A stretch of 64,000 nt of DNA from an uncultured Actinomycetota bacterium (lineage in GTDB: Bacteria > Actinomycetota > Actinomycetes > Propionibacteriales > Nocardioidaceae): NCBI GenBank assembly GCA_963707755.1, contig CAVPRC010000008.1, forward strand, positions 191,903-255,902. The letters run 5' to 3'. How positions within the stretch are numbered: the stretch's first letter is position 1; each line of letters opens with the position of its first letter. Both the position numbers and the translations under genes were made by a program. The notes below the pieces were generated by a model. The model was not told the DNA's origin. It saw only the letters and a list, made by a program, of their open reading frames with translations, and did no database searches. This document shows positions 9,176 through 18,588 of the stretch, one piece after another.

Positions 9176-9410
9176 CGGACCGGTAGCGCGCCAGGATCTC
9201 CTCGACCTCGGCGTCCTCGCGGCGCGCCAGCGGCACCATCAGCTCGGTCACCAGGTCGGTCAGCTCGGCGACCCGTCGGTTGAGCCGGCGGTTCTCCTGC
9301 ACCTCGGCCTCCAGCGCGTCGAGCCGCGCGCGGACCCCTGCGCCGCGCGCGGCCTGCACACGCTGCGCGACCGTGCGCGCCGTGACGAGGTGGGTGCGCA
9401 GGTCAGACAC
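9168..9410 (-). CDS. small coiled-coil protein (DUF6752-like)
   Basis: GTG 9408-9410 overlaps the stop of the upstream LicD gene (9403-9405). LDALEAEVQENRRLNRRVAELTDLV suggests a coiled coil. Confidence 0.5.
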   Translation of the reverse strand: MSDLRTHLVTARTVAQRVQAARGAGVRARLDALEAEVQENRRLNRRVAELTDLVTELMVPLARREDAEVEEILARYRSVI

Positions 9411-10995
9411 GGGTGGCTCCTGAGGCTCGGGGGAAGGTGACCCGCAACCGGCAGGTGCGGGGGTCTGGGCGGTCGAAGACGTCGGTGCCGGGCCCGTCGT
9501 AGCGCTCCTCGACGCGGGCGCCGTAGCCCTCCAGCTCGGCGACCACCCGGTCCGCGTCGACGCGCTGCGCGAGACCGGCCGGCTCGACACCGGCCGGCAG
9601 CCCGGGCCCGGTGGCCGAGACCTCGAGGAACAGGCTGCCGCGGTCGCCGGCCAGCGCCATCCGGGCCAGTCGCCACAGGTTGCGGCGCGCCTCGTCGTCG
9701 AGCGCGTTCACCAGGTGCCGTGCGTAGACGTGCCGCCGTCCCGGCAGCAGGCCGATCTCCGCGCCGGTCACCGCGACGGTGCGCAGCTCCCCCAGCATCA
9801 GCCGGCGTACGACGGACGTGGCGCTGCTGCGACGCAGGCGCCGCTGGGTCCTGCTGCGCCCGTCGGGCGACACCTCGTAGGCGTGCACCCGGTGCCCCTG
9901 CCGCGCGAAGAACGCCGCGTCGCGACCGGTGCCCGAGCCGAGCTCGACGACCGTGTCGCCGCGCAGGATCCGACGACGGGTCCAGCGCGCGAAGTCGGAG
10001 CGGCTCTTCGGCACGTCGCGGACCTGCGGGCCGCGGAAGAAGGCGTTCCAGGCCGGCAGGTGGTCGCGGTAGCCGCGCAGCCAGCCGTCGAGCCGGCGCA
10101 CCCCGCCGGGCGGGTCGGTGAACCTGAACGAGGGGTCCGGGACCCGCCAGCCGGGGCCGTAGACGAACGCCAGCATCGCCTCCGGGTCGGCGGGCGCCGG
10201 CAGCTCCACCCCCTCGAGCACGATCGTCGAGGTGGGGGTGATCGCGCTCCGCGGCAGGTCGCCGCTGCGGTTGCCCAGCTGGTAGAACACGCCGTCGACG
10301 TAGAACGCGACGAACACGTCGACGTAGACGGTGCGCCGGTCGCCGAGCCTGAGCAGCACCTTGAAGTCGCCGCCGGACATCCGCACGGTCCGCCAGCCGC
10401 GGGCGAGCATGGCCCGTTCGAGGGCGTAGGACTCGCGGATGACGTCCGCGGGGTGGGTCCGCTCGCTGAGGTAGCACAGGTCGGCGTCGCAGTCGGTGCC
10501 GATCATCCGGCCCTCGCGGACCGCGCCGAGCAGGCAGCCGTAGTTGAGGTAGGCCTCGACGCCGCCGTGCTCACGCAGGTCGTCGAGCACGCGCGCCGTA
10601 CCCCGGAGGATCTCGGCGCGGGCCGCGTCGTCGGTCTCGGCGAACACCCGGGTCAGGTTGCCGACCTTGTTCACCGCGAGCGGGTGGCCGTGCGGGTCCT
10701 CGAGCCGGATCCGCTCCGTGCCGCCGCCGAGGGCGACCTCCTGGTCGACGTACGTGCGGCCGGTCCCGGGCTCGGCGAGGGTGAGCCGGGTGCGGCCTCG
10801 CAGGTGCGGCTGCAACGAGGCCGGCCAGGACACGACCAGCCCGCCGGGGCCCGGACGTGCGTCCCGCTGCGGCTGGAAGGACCAGACGTAGCGACCGTCG
10901 AAGGAGACGGTGACGACCCCGGACACGGAGGCGGGCAGCGTGAGTCCACGGTCGTCGACGTGGAACCCGTCGACGACCTGGTCGGTCGTGGTCAT
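9403..10995 (-). CDS. LicD-family phosphotransferase fused to class I SAM-dependent methyltransferase
   Basis: YGCLLGAVREGRMIGTDCDADLCY (LicD DxD core) in the middle. VVELGSGTGRDAAFFARQGHRVHAYE (SAM motif I) in the C-terminal third. About 110-aa unassigned N-terminal domain. Confidence 0.75.
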   Translation of the reverse strand: MTTTDQVVDGFHVDDRGLTLPASVSGVVTVSFDGRYVWSFQPQRDARPGPGGLVVSWPASLQPHLRGRTRLTLAEPGTGRTYVDQEVALGGGTERIRLEDPHGHPLAVNKVGNLTRVFAETDDAARAEILRGTARVLDDLREHGGVEAYLNYGCLLGAVREGRMIGTDCDADLCYLSERTHPADVIRESYALERAMLARGWRTVRMSGGDFKVLLRLGDRRTVYVDVFVAFYVDGVFYQLGNRSGDLPRSAITPTSTIVLEGVELPAPADPEAMLAFVYGPGWRVPDPSFRFTDPPGGVRRLDGWLRGYRDHLPAWNAFFRGPQVRDVPKSRSDFARWTRRRILRGDTVVELGSGTGRDAAFFARQGHRVHAYEVSPDGRSRTQRRLRRSSATSVVRRLMLGELRTVAVTGAEIGLLPGRRHVYARHLVNALDDEARRNLWRLARMALAGDRGSLFLEVSATGPGLPAGVEPAGLAQRVDADRVVAELEGYGARVEERYDGPGTDVFDRPDPRTCRLRVTFPRASGATRV

Positions 10996-11450
10996 CAGGC
11001 GAGCGCCGGCACCGCACGCGACGGCTGGGTGGCGGCCCGTCCCTGGACCGCCCGGCGCAGCATCGTGCTGGAGGTGTGCATCGTGTACGGGAAGTAGACG
11101 ACCTCGACCCCGACGGCACCCAGGCGCTCCTCGAGGGCGAGGCCCTTCGGGGTGCCACGCCAGTCGTCGCCCTTGAAGATCCGGTGGAAGCGCACGTCCT
11201 GCCAGGCGTCCCGCTTGTCGGTCGTGGTCTCGGCGTAGACCTGGTCGACGATGCCGACGCTGCGGACGATCTCGAGCCGCTCCTCGAGCGGCACGAACGG
11301 GCGAACGCCCTTGGTCAGCTCGCAGATCTCGTCGGCGACGACGCCGGCCACGAGGACGTCACAGTGCTCACGGGCCTGGCGCAGCACGTTGAGGTGACCC
11401 ACGTGGAACAGGTCGTAGGCGCCGGGTGCGTACCCGATCACTCCGCTCAT
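10995..11450 (-). CDS. cytidylyltransferase (TagD/glycerol-3-phosphate cytidylyltransferase-like)
   Basis: GYAPGAYDLFHVGHLNVLRQA (HxGH nucleotidyltransferase motif). Stop overlaps the LicD start (ATGA). Confidence 0.85.
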   Translation of the reverse strand: MSGVIGYAPGAYDLFHVGHLNVLRQAREHCDVLVAGVVADEICELTKGVRPFVPLEERLEIVRSVGIVDQVYAETTTDKRDAWQDVRFHRIFKGDDWRGTPKGLALEERLGAVGVEVVYFPYTMHTSSTMLRRAVQGRAATQPSRAVPALA

Positions 11451-11825
11451 CAGCCCTCCTGGAAGCCCACGGTCGAGAAGTTCTGATCTTACTATACTTA
11501 CTTACTCGACATTGTGGGCAGAAGGGTGCGTTGTCTCACCTCGCGCGTGTCGGGACGGGGACTCGCCGTACCGACGGCGGCGAGACCGAGACGCCCGGCC
11601 CGTTAGTGCTCCCCCGAGGTCAGCACTACCGGGTCGGGCGCTCGGTCTCGCCGTCGTCGGTGAGGTTCGCCAGCAGACAGACCTCGGCGTCGGCAAGCCT
11701 GCAGGCCTGCTCGATGAACCATCCGATCACTTCCCGCATGACCCCTCCCAGGGACAGCCCCGCCGGAAGAGGGTTGCCCCGCCCGCGGGGCTTGAAACAG
11801 CCACGCCGGTGGAATGCTGGGCGCC

Positions 11826-12756
11826 ATGGATCTCCGGGTGTTCACCGAGCCGCAGCAGGGTGCGACGTACGACGACCTGCTGGCCGTCGCACGACGCAGC
11901 GAGGAGCTCGGCTTCGGCGCGTTCTTCCGCTCCGACCACTACCTCGGCATGGGCACCGAGGGGCTGCCCGGCCCGACCGACGCCTGGCTGACGCTGGCCG
12001 GCCTGGCCCGCGACACCTCGACGATCCGGCTGGGCACGCTGATGACGTCGGCGACGTTCCGGCTGCCCGGCGTGCTGGCGATCTCGGTGGCGCAGGTCGA
12101 CCAGATGAGCGGTGGCCGGGTCGAGCTCGGGATCGGCGCGGGCTGGTACGAGGACGAGCACACGAAGTACGGCATCCCGTTCCCGCCGGTCGGCGAGCGC
12201 TTCGACCGGCTCGAGGAGACGCTGGCGATCGTCACCGGGCTGTGGGAGACGCCGAGCGGCGGCTCGTTCAGCCACGACGGCGAGCACTACCGCGTCACCG
12301 ACTCCCCCGCGCTGCCCAAGCCCGTGCAGTCGCCCCGCCCGCCGGTGATCGTCGGCGGCAAGGGCAAGCGGCGCACGCCCGCGCTCGCGGCGCGCTACGC
12401 CGACGAGTTCAACGTGCCGTTCGACTCGGTGGCAGACGAGCCGGTCGCTGATCGCGGGCGTGCGGGAGGCGTGCGAGACGGTGGGGCGCTCCCCCGACGA
12501 CCTGGTGTACTCCAACGCCCTGGTGCTCTGCGTCGGCCGGGACGAGGCCGAGGTGGCCCGACGCGCCGCCGCCATCGGCCGCGACGTCGACGAGCTCCGC
12601 GCGAACGGCGTCGCCGGCACCCCGCAGGAGGCCGTCGACACCCTCGCGGCGTACGCCGAGGCCGGGTCGTCGCGCGTCTACCTGCAGATGCTCGACCTCG
12701 CCGACCTCGACCACCTCGACCTCGTCGCCTCGGAGATCGCCCCTCATCTCCCCTGA
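11826..12756 (+). pseudogene. LLM-class (luciferase-like) F420-dependent oxidoreductase, frame broken near 12440
   Basis: MDLRVFTEPQQGATYDDLL...ELGIGAGWYEDEH in frame 3 continues as REACETVGRSPDDLVYSNALV...YLQMLDL in frame 1 (ORF 12460-12756). Confidence 0.8.
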
Positions 12757-13267
12757 CGCCGACCCGTCAGCTGGTAGGCACTCTCACCGGCGTGTCACAC
12801 GGCAAGTGACGGGTCAGGTTGCGCGCGGGTGACGGTGATGGCGGAGCTGGCGCAGCCCGACGACGTGCTCTGCAACGCGGACTTCTCGGCGCTGTCGAGG
12901 CTCAGCCGCCAGCGGATCTTCACCGCCACCCACTCCCGCAGGCAGCGGCAGGTGTCGTAGGTGGGCATCCAGGTGGTCGGGTCCTGGTCGCCCTTGGCCT
13001 GGTTGGCCGAGTCGGTCGGTCACGCCGACCAGCGTCCGGGCGTCCCGGGTCGGCGACAGGGGGGTCAGGGCAGGGGCAGCTCGTCCTTCGACGAGCCCGG
13101 CGGCACCTTGGCCGGCTCGACGGCCTCGTCGGCCTCGCCGGCCGAGAGCGAGCCGACTCGAGGCCGCACGAACCGCCACGTTTCCCCCGATCCCCCTCGG
13201 GGTACCTGCGACGGCAACCATCGGATGGCCTGCACGATCTGCGGCGCCAGGAACGGAGACCAGGGGA

Positions 13268-14248
13268 ATGAACGACGAACAGCCGGACATGGGTCTTTCG
13301 GACGAGGAGCTCGCCGCCCAGGGCGCGACCGCGCTCCCCGACAAGGAGGTCGTCTCCATCCTCGACCTCAACGCCGACATCGACCTGGCCATCGACGCGG
13401 CCGCCCCGATCGACCTCGCGGTCGCCGCGAACGCCAACGTGGCAGCGCCCATCGACGCCGCGGTCGGCGCCAACGTGCTGTCGATCGACTCCACCGCCCA
13501 GGCGCTGAGCGACCAGGGCGTGATCATCAACCAGGGCCTCGACGCGGACGCCTCGGCGCACGCCGTACAGGACAGCGCGCTCGACCAGAGCAACGACGTC
13601 GTCGACGCCGGCAACGGCGCGGCTCCTGCGGACGCTGCCGGGGCCACCGACGCCGGCGTCGCCCCCGAGGCTGCCACGGCCGCCCCGTCGGTCGGCAGCA
13701 CCGCGCTCGGCGACACAGGTGCGGCCACCGACGGCCTGACCGGCACGCTCGGCGACACCACGGGGACCGTGGGTGACGCTGCTGGCGGCGCGGTCGGCGA
13801 CACGGCCGGCACGGTCGGCGGCGCGGTCGGCGACACGGCCGGCACGGTCGGCGACACCGTCGGCGGGGCCACGGACGGTGTCGGAGGCACCGTGGGCGAT
13901 GCTGCCGGCGGTGTCGGCGGCGCGGTGGGCGGCGCTGTGGGCGGAGCGACCGGCGACCTCGGCGGCACGGTCGGCGGGGCCACGGGCGCGGCCGGCGGCC
14001 TGCTCGACGGCAACCTGCTCAACGTCGACGTCAACGTGGACGCCGATGCCGACATCGCGGCACCGATCAACGGCGCGGTCGCCGCGAACGCCAACGTGGC
14101 GGCCCCGATCGACGCGGCCGTCGGCGCCAACGTCGGCTCGGTCGGCAGCGACGCCATCGCCGTCTCGCAGCAGGACGCGATCATCAACCAGGACATCACC
14201 GGCTCGGCGGACGCGACGTCGGACCAGACGTCGGACATCCAGCAGTAG
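13268..14248 (+). CDS. Ala/Gly/Asp/Thr-rich repeat protein with duplicated ~75-aa end modules (unknown family)
   Basis: 326-aa ORF, ATG preceded by GGAGACCAGGGGA. Modules LNADIDLAIDAAAPIDLAVAANANVAAPIDAAVGANV... (N-terminal) and VDADADIAAPINGAVAANANVAAPIDAAVGANV... (C-terminal) flank GDTAGTVGG-type repeats. No signal peptide seen. Confidence 0.7.
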   Translation: MNDEQPDMGLSDEELAAQGATALPDKEVVSILDLNADIDLAIDAAAPIDLAVAANANVAAPIDAAVGANVLSIDSTAQALSDQGVIINQGLDADASAHAVQDSALDQSNDVVDAGNGAAPADAAGATDAGVAPEAATAAPSVGSTALGDTGAATDGLTGTLGDTTGTVGDAAGGAVGDTAGTVGGAVGDTAGTVGDTVGGATDGVGGTVGDAAGGVGGAVGGAVGGATGDLGGTVGGATGAAGGLLDGNLLNVDVNVDADADIAAPINGAVAANANVAAPIDAAVGANVGSVGSDAIAVSQQDAIINQDITGSADATSDQTSDIQQ

Positions 14249-14254
14249 TACCGG

Positions 14255-16769
14255 ATGGCCGTCCTGCCCGCCCCGGCCGGGCGTGAGGACGACGCGCTGG
14301 CGTCGTCCTCGCGCCCGGCTGCGCCGACCCCCGACGTCGCCTCCCGCGCCGACGGGGTCGAGCTCATCGGCGAGATGGTGGGCTCCGGCTACCGCGAGCC
14401 ACCCGCGCTCGCCCGACGCGGTGACGGCCAGACCTTCCAGCTGACGCCGCTGCTCTACCTGGTGCTGGAGACGGTCGACGGCCGGCGCTCCTACGACGAG
14501 GTCGCGGAGCGCGTGAGTGCTGCCTACGGCCGCACCGTCACCCCGGACAACGTGCGCACCCTCGTCGACCAGCAGCTGCGGCCGATGGGACTGCTCACCC
14601 GTCCGGACGGGTCGCAGCCCGAGGTGAAGAAGTCCAACCCGCTGCTCGCGCTGCGGTTCAAGTACGCCGTCACCGACCCGGAGCGCACCCGCCGGCTGAC
14701 CGCGCCGTTCGCCCGGCTGTTCAACCCCGTCGTCGTGGTCGCGGTGATGGTCGGCCTTCGCGGCCGTCTGCTGGTGGGTGTTCATGGAGAAGGGCCTGGC
14801 GTCCGCGACGTACCAAGCCTTCGACAAGCCCGGCCTCCTGCTCCTCGTCGTCGCGATCACGATCCTGTCCGCCGGCTTCCACGAGTTCGGCCACGCCGCG
14901 GCGGCGCGCCGCGGTGGGGCCACCCCCGGGGTGATGGGCGCCGGCATCTACCTCGTCTGGCCGGCGTTCTACACCGACGTCACCGACTCCTACCGGCTCG
15001 GGCGCGGCGGACGCGTGCGCACCGACCTGGGCGGTCTCTACTTCAACGCGATCGTCGCGGTCGCGGTGGCCGGCGTCTGGTGGCTGACCGGGTACGACGC
15101 CCTGCTGCTTCTCGTGGCGACCCAGATCCTGCAGATGGTGCGTCAGCTGACGCCGCTCGTGCGCTTCGACGGCTACCACGTGCTCGCCGACCTCACCGGC
15201 GTGCCCGACCTGTTCCACCGGATCAAGCCGACCCTGCTCGGCGTGCTGCCCTGGCGCTGGAGGCACCCCGAGACCCGGGTGCTGAGGCCGTGGGCACGGG
15301 CCGTGGTGACGCTGTGGGTCGTCGTGGTCGTGCCGATGCTGGCCTTCTCGCTGTTCACGATGGTGCTCACGCTGCCCCGCATCCTGGGCACCGCCCGGGC
15401 CAGCGTCGAGAAGCAGTCCACGCTGCTCGGCCTCGCCTGGTCCGACACCGACCTGCTCGAGACGGCGGCCCGCTGCATCGCGATCGTGGCGGTCGCCTTC
15501 CCGATCCTGGCCACCGCGGTGATCCTGTTCCGGCTGGTTCGCAAGATCGTCGGCTCCACCTGGCGGCGCACCCGCGGGCGTCCGGTACGCCGCGGGCTGG
15601 CCGGCCTGGTCGCCGCCGCCCTGGTCGCCGGCCTCGCCTGGGCCTGGTGGCCGCACCCCGGCACCTACCGGCCGATCGAGCCGTACGAAGGCGGCACGCT
15701 GGTGCAGGCCGCGCAGGCGCTGCCCGTCGTCCCGCGCTCCGCGCCGACCCGGCTCGTCGAGGGCCAGCGGGGCAGCCTGGTCACCGGCTGGTCCGACGAC
15801 GACCCGAGGCCCACCCGATCACACCCGCAGCTCGCGCTGGTGCTGGTCCCCCGCGACGGCGGCGCGACCGGCGCCACGGGCGGAGGCGTGGCTTCCGCGG
15901 CCGACGGCGGTGCCGCCGCACCGGTCGGGGGCACGGGCGCGGCCACCGGCGACAGCACGGGCGCCGCGGCCCAACCGTGGGTGTTCCCGTTCAACAAGCC
16001 GCTCGCCCCCGAGGCCGGCGACAACCAGGCGATGGCCGTCAACACCAACGACAACACGATCCGCTACGACGTGGCGTTCGCGCTGGTGTGGATCGAGGAC
16101 GACTCCCCCGCCCTGAACACCAACGAGGCCTACGCGTTCGCGAGCTGCACCAACTGCGCGGCGGTCGCGATCGGCTTCCAGATCGTCCTGGTCACCGGCG
16201 ACAACCACGTCGCCGTGCCGCAGAACATCTCGGCCGCGGTCAACTACGACTGCGTCAACTGCCTCACCTATGCCCTCGCCACGCAGCTCTTCGTGACCCT
16301 CGACGGCCCGCTCAGCGACGCCGGCCGGCAGCAGATCGCGGCGCTGTGGCAGCAGATCGCCGACTTCGGCACGCACATCACGGAGGTGCCGCTCTCCGAG
16401 GTGCGCGACCGGCTGACGTCGTACGAGCAGCAGATCCTGGCCGTCATCGAGAAGGAGCAGGGACCGCTGACCCCGGACGCCACGGCCACGGCCGCGGCCG
16501 ACGCCGGCGCGACCCCGAGCCCGTCGGTCGAAGGCAGCGACGGCGCGGCACCGAGCGCCGAGGCCTCGCCCGGCGCGGGGACCCCGTCCGACACCGCCAC
16601 GGGTACGACGGGCGGCAGCACCGGCGACGCGGGCAGCACCGGTGGCGCGACGAGCGGTGCGACGACCACCGGCACGGACCCGTCCCCGACCCCGACGGAC
16701 GCGCCGACCACGCCGACCACGCCGGATCCCTCACCGAGCGCGACCCCGTCGGCCGACGCCACCCCGTAG
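14255..16769 (+). pseudogene. PqqD/RRE-like domain fused to M50-type (HEFGH) polytopic membrane metalloprotease, frame broken near 14750
   Basis: The N-terminal part (14255 frame) FQLTPLLYLVLETVDGRRSYDEVAERV...VRTLVDQQLRPMGLL looks PqqD-like. It continues in the 14778 frame: ILSAGFHEFGHAAAARR ... FDGYHVLADL. The C-terminus has two CxxC pairs and a Thr/Pro/Ser-rich tail. Confidence 0.75.
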
Positions 16770-16859
16770 CACCGAGCTCCGGCACCGCCAGGCTGTCGCC
16801 TCGTCCGTCTGCTCGACGGCTGGACGCTGTGGGCCTTCACCCGCAGCCGCCGCTGGCGC

Positions 16860-18233
16860 CTACCGCACCCAGACCGTGACGAGGTTCGAGGTCGCCGCCA
16901 ACCGGTAGGTGTCCGCGATCGACACCGCCTTGTAGGTCGTGGACCGGCGCGGCCGGACGGTGGTGGAGTACCACCCCGTCGGTGCGAGGCTCTTCGACGC
17001 CCGCACGTAGGTCCAGCGACCGCCTCGCGCCGGCCGCTTGTAGAACCGGACGTACTTGCCCGTCACCGCACCCAGCGACGTCTTCAGGTGGCCGTAGACC
17101 ATCACGGCCGCGCCCTTGCGGACGCGCGACGTCTTGTTCTTGTGCAGGTAGACGGTGGGCTTGAGCTTGGCAGGCGTGCTCACCCGGCTCGGCGCCGAGG
17201 CGGAGCCCGCGTAGACCGTGTCACCGGCGAACGCCACCGAGTAGTCGGTCGCCTGCGACACCGGGGTCGTGAACGAGTAGTGACCGGCCGGGTCCGTGTT
17301 GATCGTGCTGACGGCGCTCCAGGCCGTGGCGCCGACGGCCCGCGCGTACAACGTCACCGGCAGACCGGCCAGCACACTGGAGTCGGCGGTCTTGCGGAGG
17401 TCGCCGGCGAACGTGACGGGACCGTTGATCGCGGTTGTCGTCGACGCGGACGGTGTGAGCGTGACGTTGGTCGGTTCGCCGGTCGGGATCGTGACCCCCG
17501 GAGGCACGGGGGCGCTCGAGCCGCCAGTGGTGTTCGCGAGGGAAGCGAGCTGCGCCGTCGTGCCGTTGAAGCGGTTCATGTCGACGTTGCCGGAGATGCC
17601 GCTCACCGTGCCGCTGCTGGTGCGCTGCCAGAACGTCCAGGTCGGCCAGCCACCGGGCACCCGTGGTGTCGAGACGCCGTAGTGCGCGATCCACAACGGG
17701 TAGTGGGTGAAGGCCGTGCTGTTGCCCAGGTAGTGCTCCCAGAACGCCGGGGACACGTAGATCATCGGGGTGCGGCCGGTGAGCTGCTCGACCGTCTGCA
17801 GCCAGGTCGCGGTCCAGTTCCTCAGGTCCGTGACGCCCAGCCCGCCGCTGGCTTCGAGGTCGAGCACGGGCGGGAGCGTGCCGGCGCCCTGGAAGGACCC
17901 CACCTTGGAGACGAAGTAGTTGGCCTGGGCCGGCGCCGTGCCGACCTTGGGACGGGCGAAGTGGTAGGCGCCGCGGTACATCCCGACCGCCTGGACGCCC
18001 GCCCAGTTGGTCGCGAGCTGGGTGTCGGTGTACGTCGTGGACTCGGTCGCCTTCATGAACGCGAACTGCATCCCGGCGGCCTTGACCTTCGACCAGTTGA
18101 TCGTGCCCTGCCAGTGCGAGACGTCGACGCCGTCGGCGTAGGCCAGGGTCGAGGCCAGCAAGGCCGCGAACGACGTCACGAGCACCACGACGAGGCGTCG
18201 GGCGCGACGCGCGGCAGCAGCGGTAGTCCTCAC
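16860..18233 (-). CDS. secreted GH25 muramidase (lysozyme) with C-terminal Ig-like/beta-rich domains
   Basis: Signal peptide RRLVVVLVTSFAALLASTLAYA. GVDVSHWQGTINWSKVKAAGMQFAFMKATE and GAYHFARP are GH25 motifs. Confidence 0.85.
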   Translation of the reverse strand: MRTTAAAARRARRLVVVLVTSFAALLASTLAYADGVDVSHWQGTINWSKVKAAGMQFAFMKATESTTYTDTQLATNWAGVQAVGMYRGAYHFARPKVGTAPAQANYFVSKVGSFQGAGTLPPVLDLEASGGLGVTDLRNWTATWLQTVEQLTGRTPMIYVSPAFWEHYLGNSTAFTHYPLWIAHYGVSTPRVPGGWPTWTFWQRTSSGTVSGISGNVDMNRFNGTTAQLASLANTTGGSSAPVPPGVTIPTGEPTNVTLTPSASTTTAINGPVTFAGDLRKTADSSVLAGLPVTLYARAVGATAWSAVSTINTDPAGHYSFTTPVSQATDYSVAFAGDTVYAGSASAPSRVSTPAKLKPTVYLHKNKTSRVRKGAAVMVYGHLKTSLGAVTGKYVRFYKRPARGGRWTYVRASKSLAPTGWYSTTVRPRRSTTYKAVSIADTYRLAATSNLVTVWVR

Positions 18234-18588
18234 GGGGTTCCTCCGAGCCTCCCAGGAGCCGCGGGGGCGGCCCCGCTCCGGTGCGGGTGAGTGGTCGAAG
18301 GCTAGCCCGAGTAAAGAACCGCCGGAGGTGAAACGCGCAGATCAGCGGGCCCGTGCGTCTCCGGTGCCCACCCAGGGCAGGTCCTAGACCACCAGGCTGA
18401 GCAGCAGCACGAACACCAGCCCGCTCACAGAGATCACCGTCTCCATCATCGACCAGGACTTGATGTTCTGGCCCACGCTCCGTGGGTTCAGGCGGGGGGT
18501 ACCCGCCGAGCCGCGAGGTTACGCCGGGTGTCTCCCGGTTCGTGCAGCCGCACCGCGTGGCCCGGAGCCGGCCGGGCAGACTGTCCGG

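Noticed and set aside
12814-14947. 517-aa and 675-aa minus-strand ORFs
   Set aside because: They are antisense to the repeat-protein gene and the M50 N-terminus. They are low-complexity Pro/Ala/Thr/Arg translations generated by the GC-rich tandem repeats.
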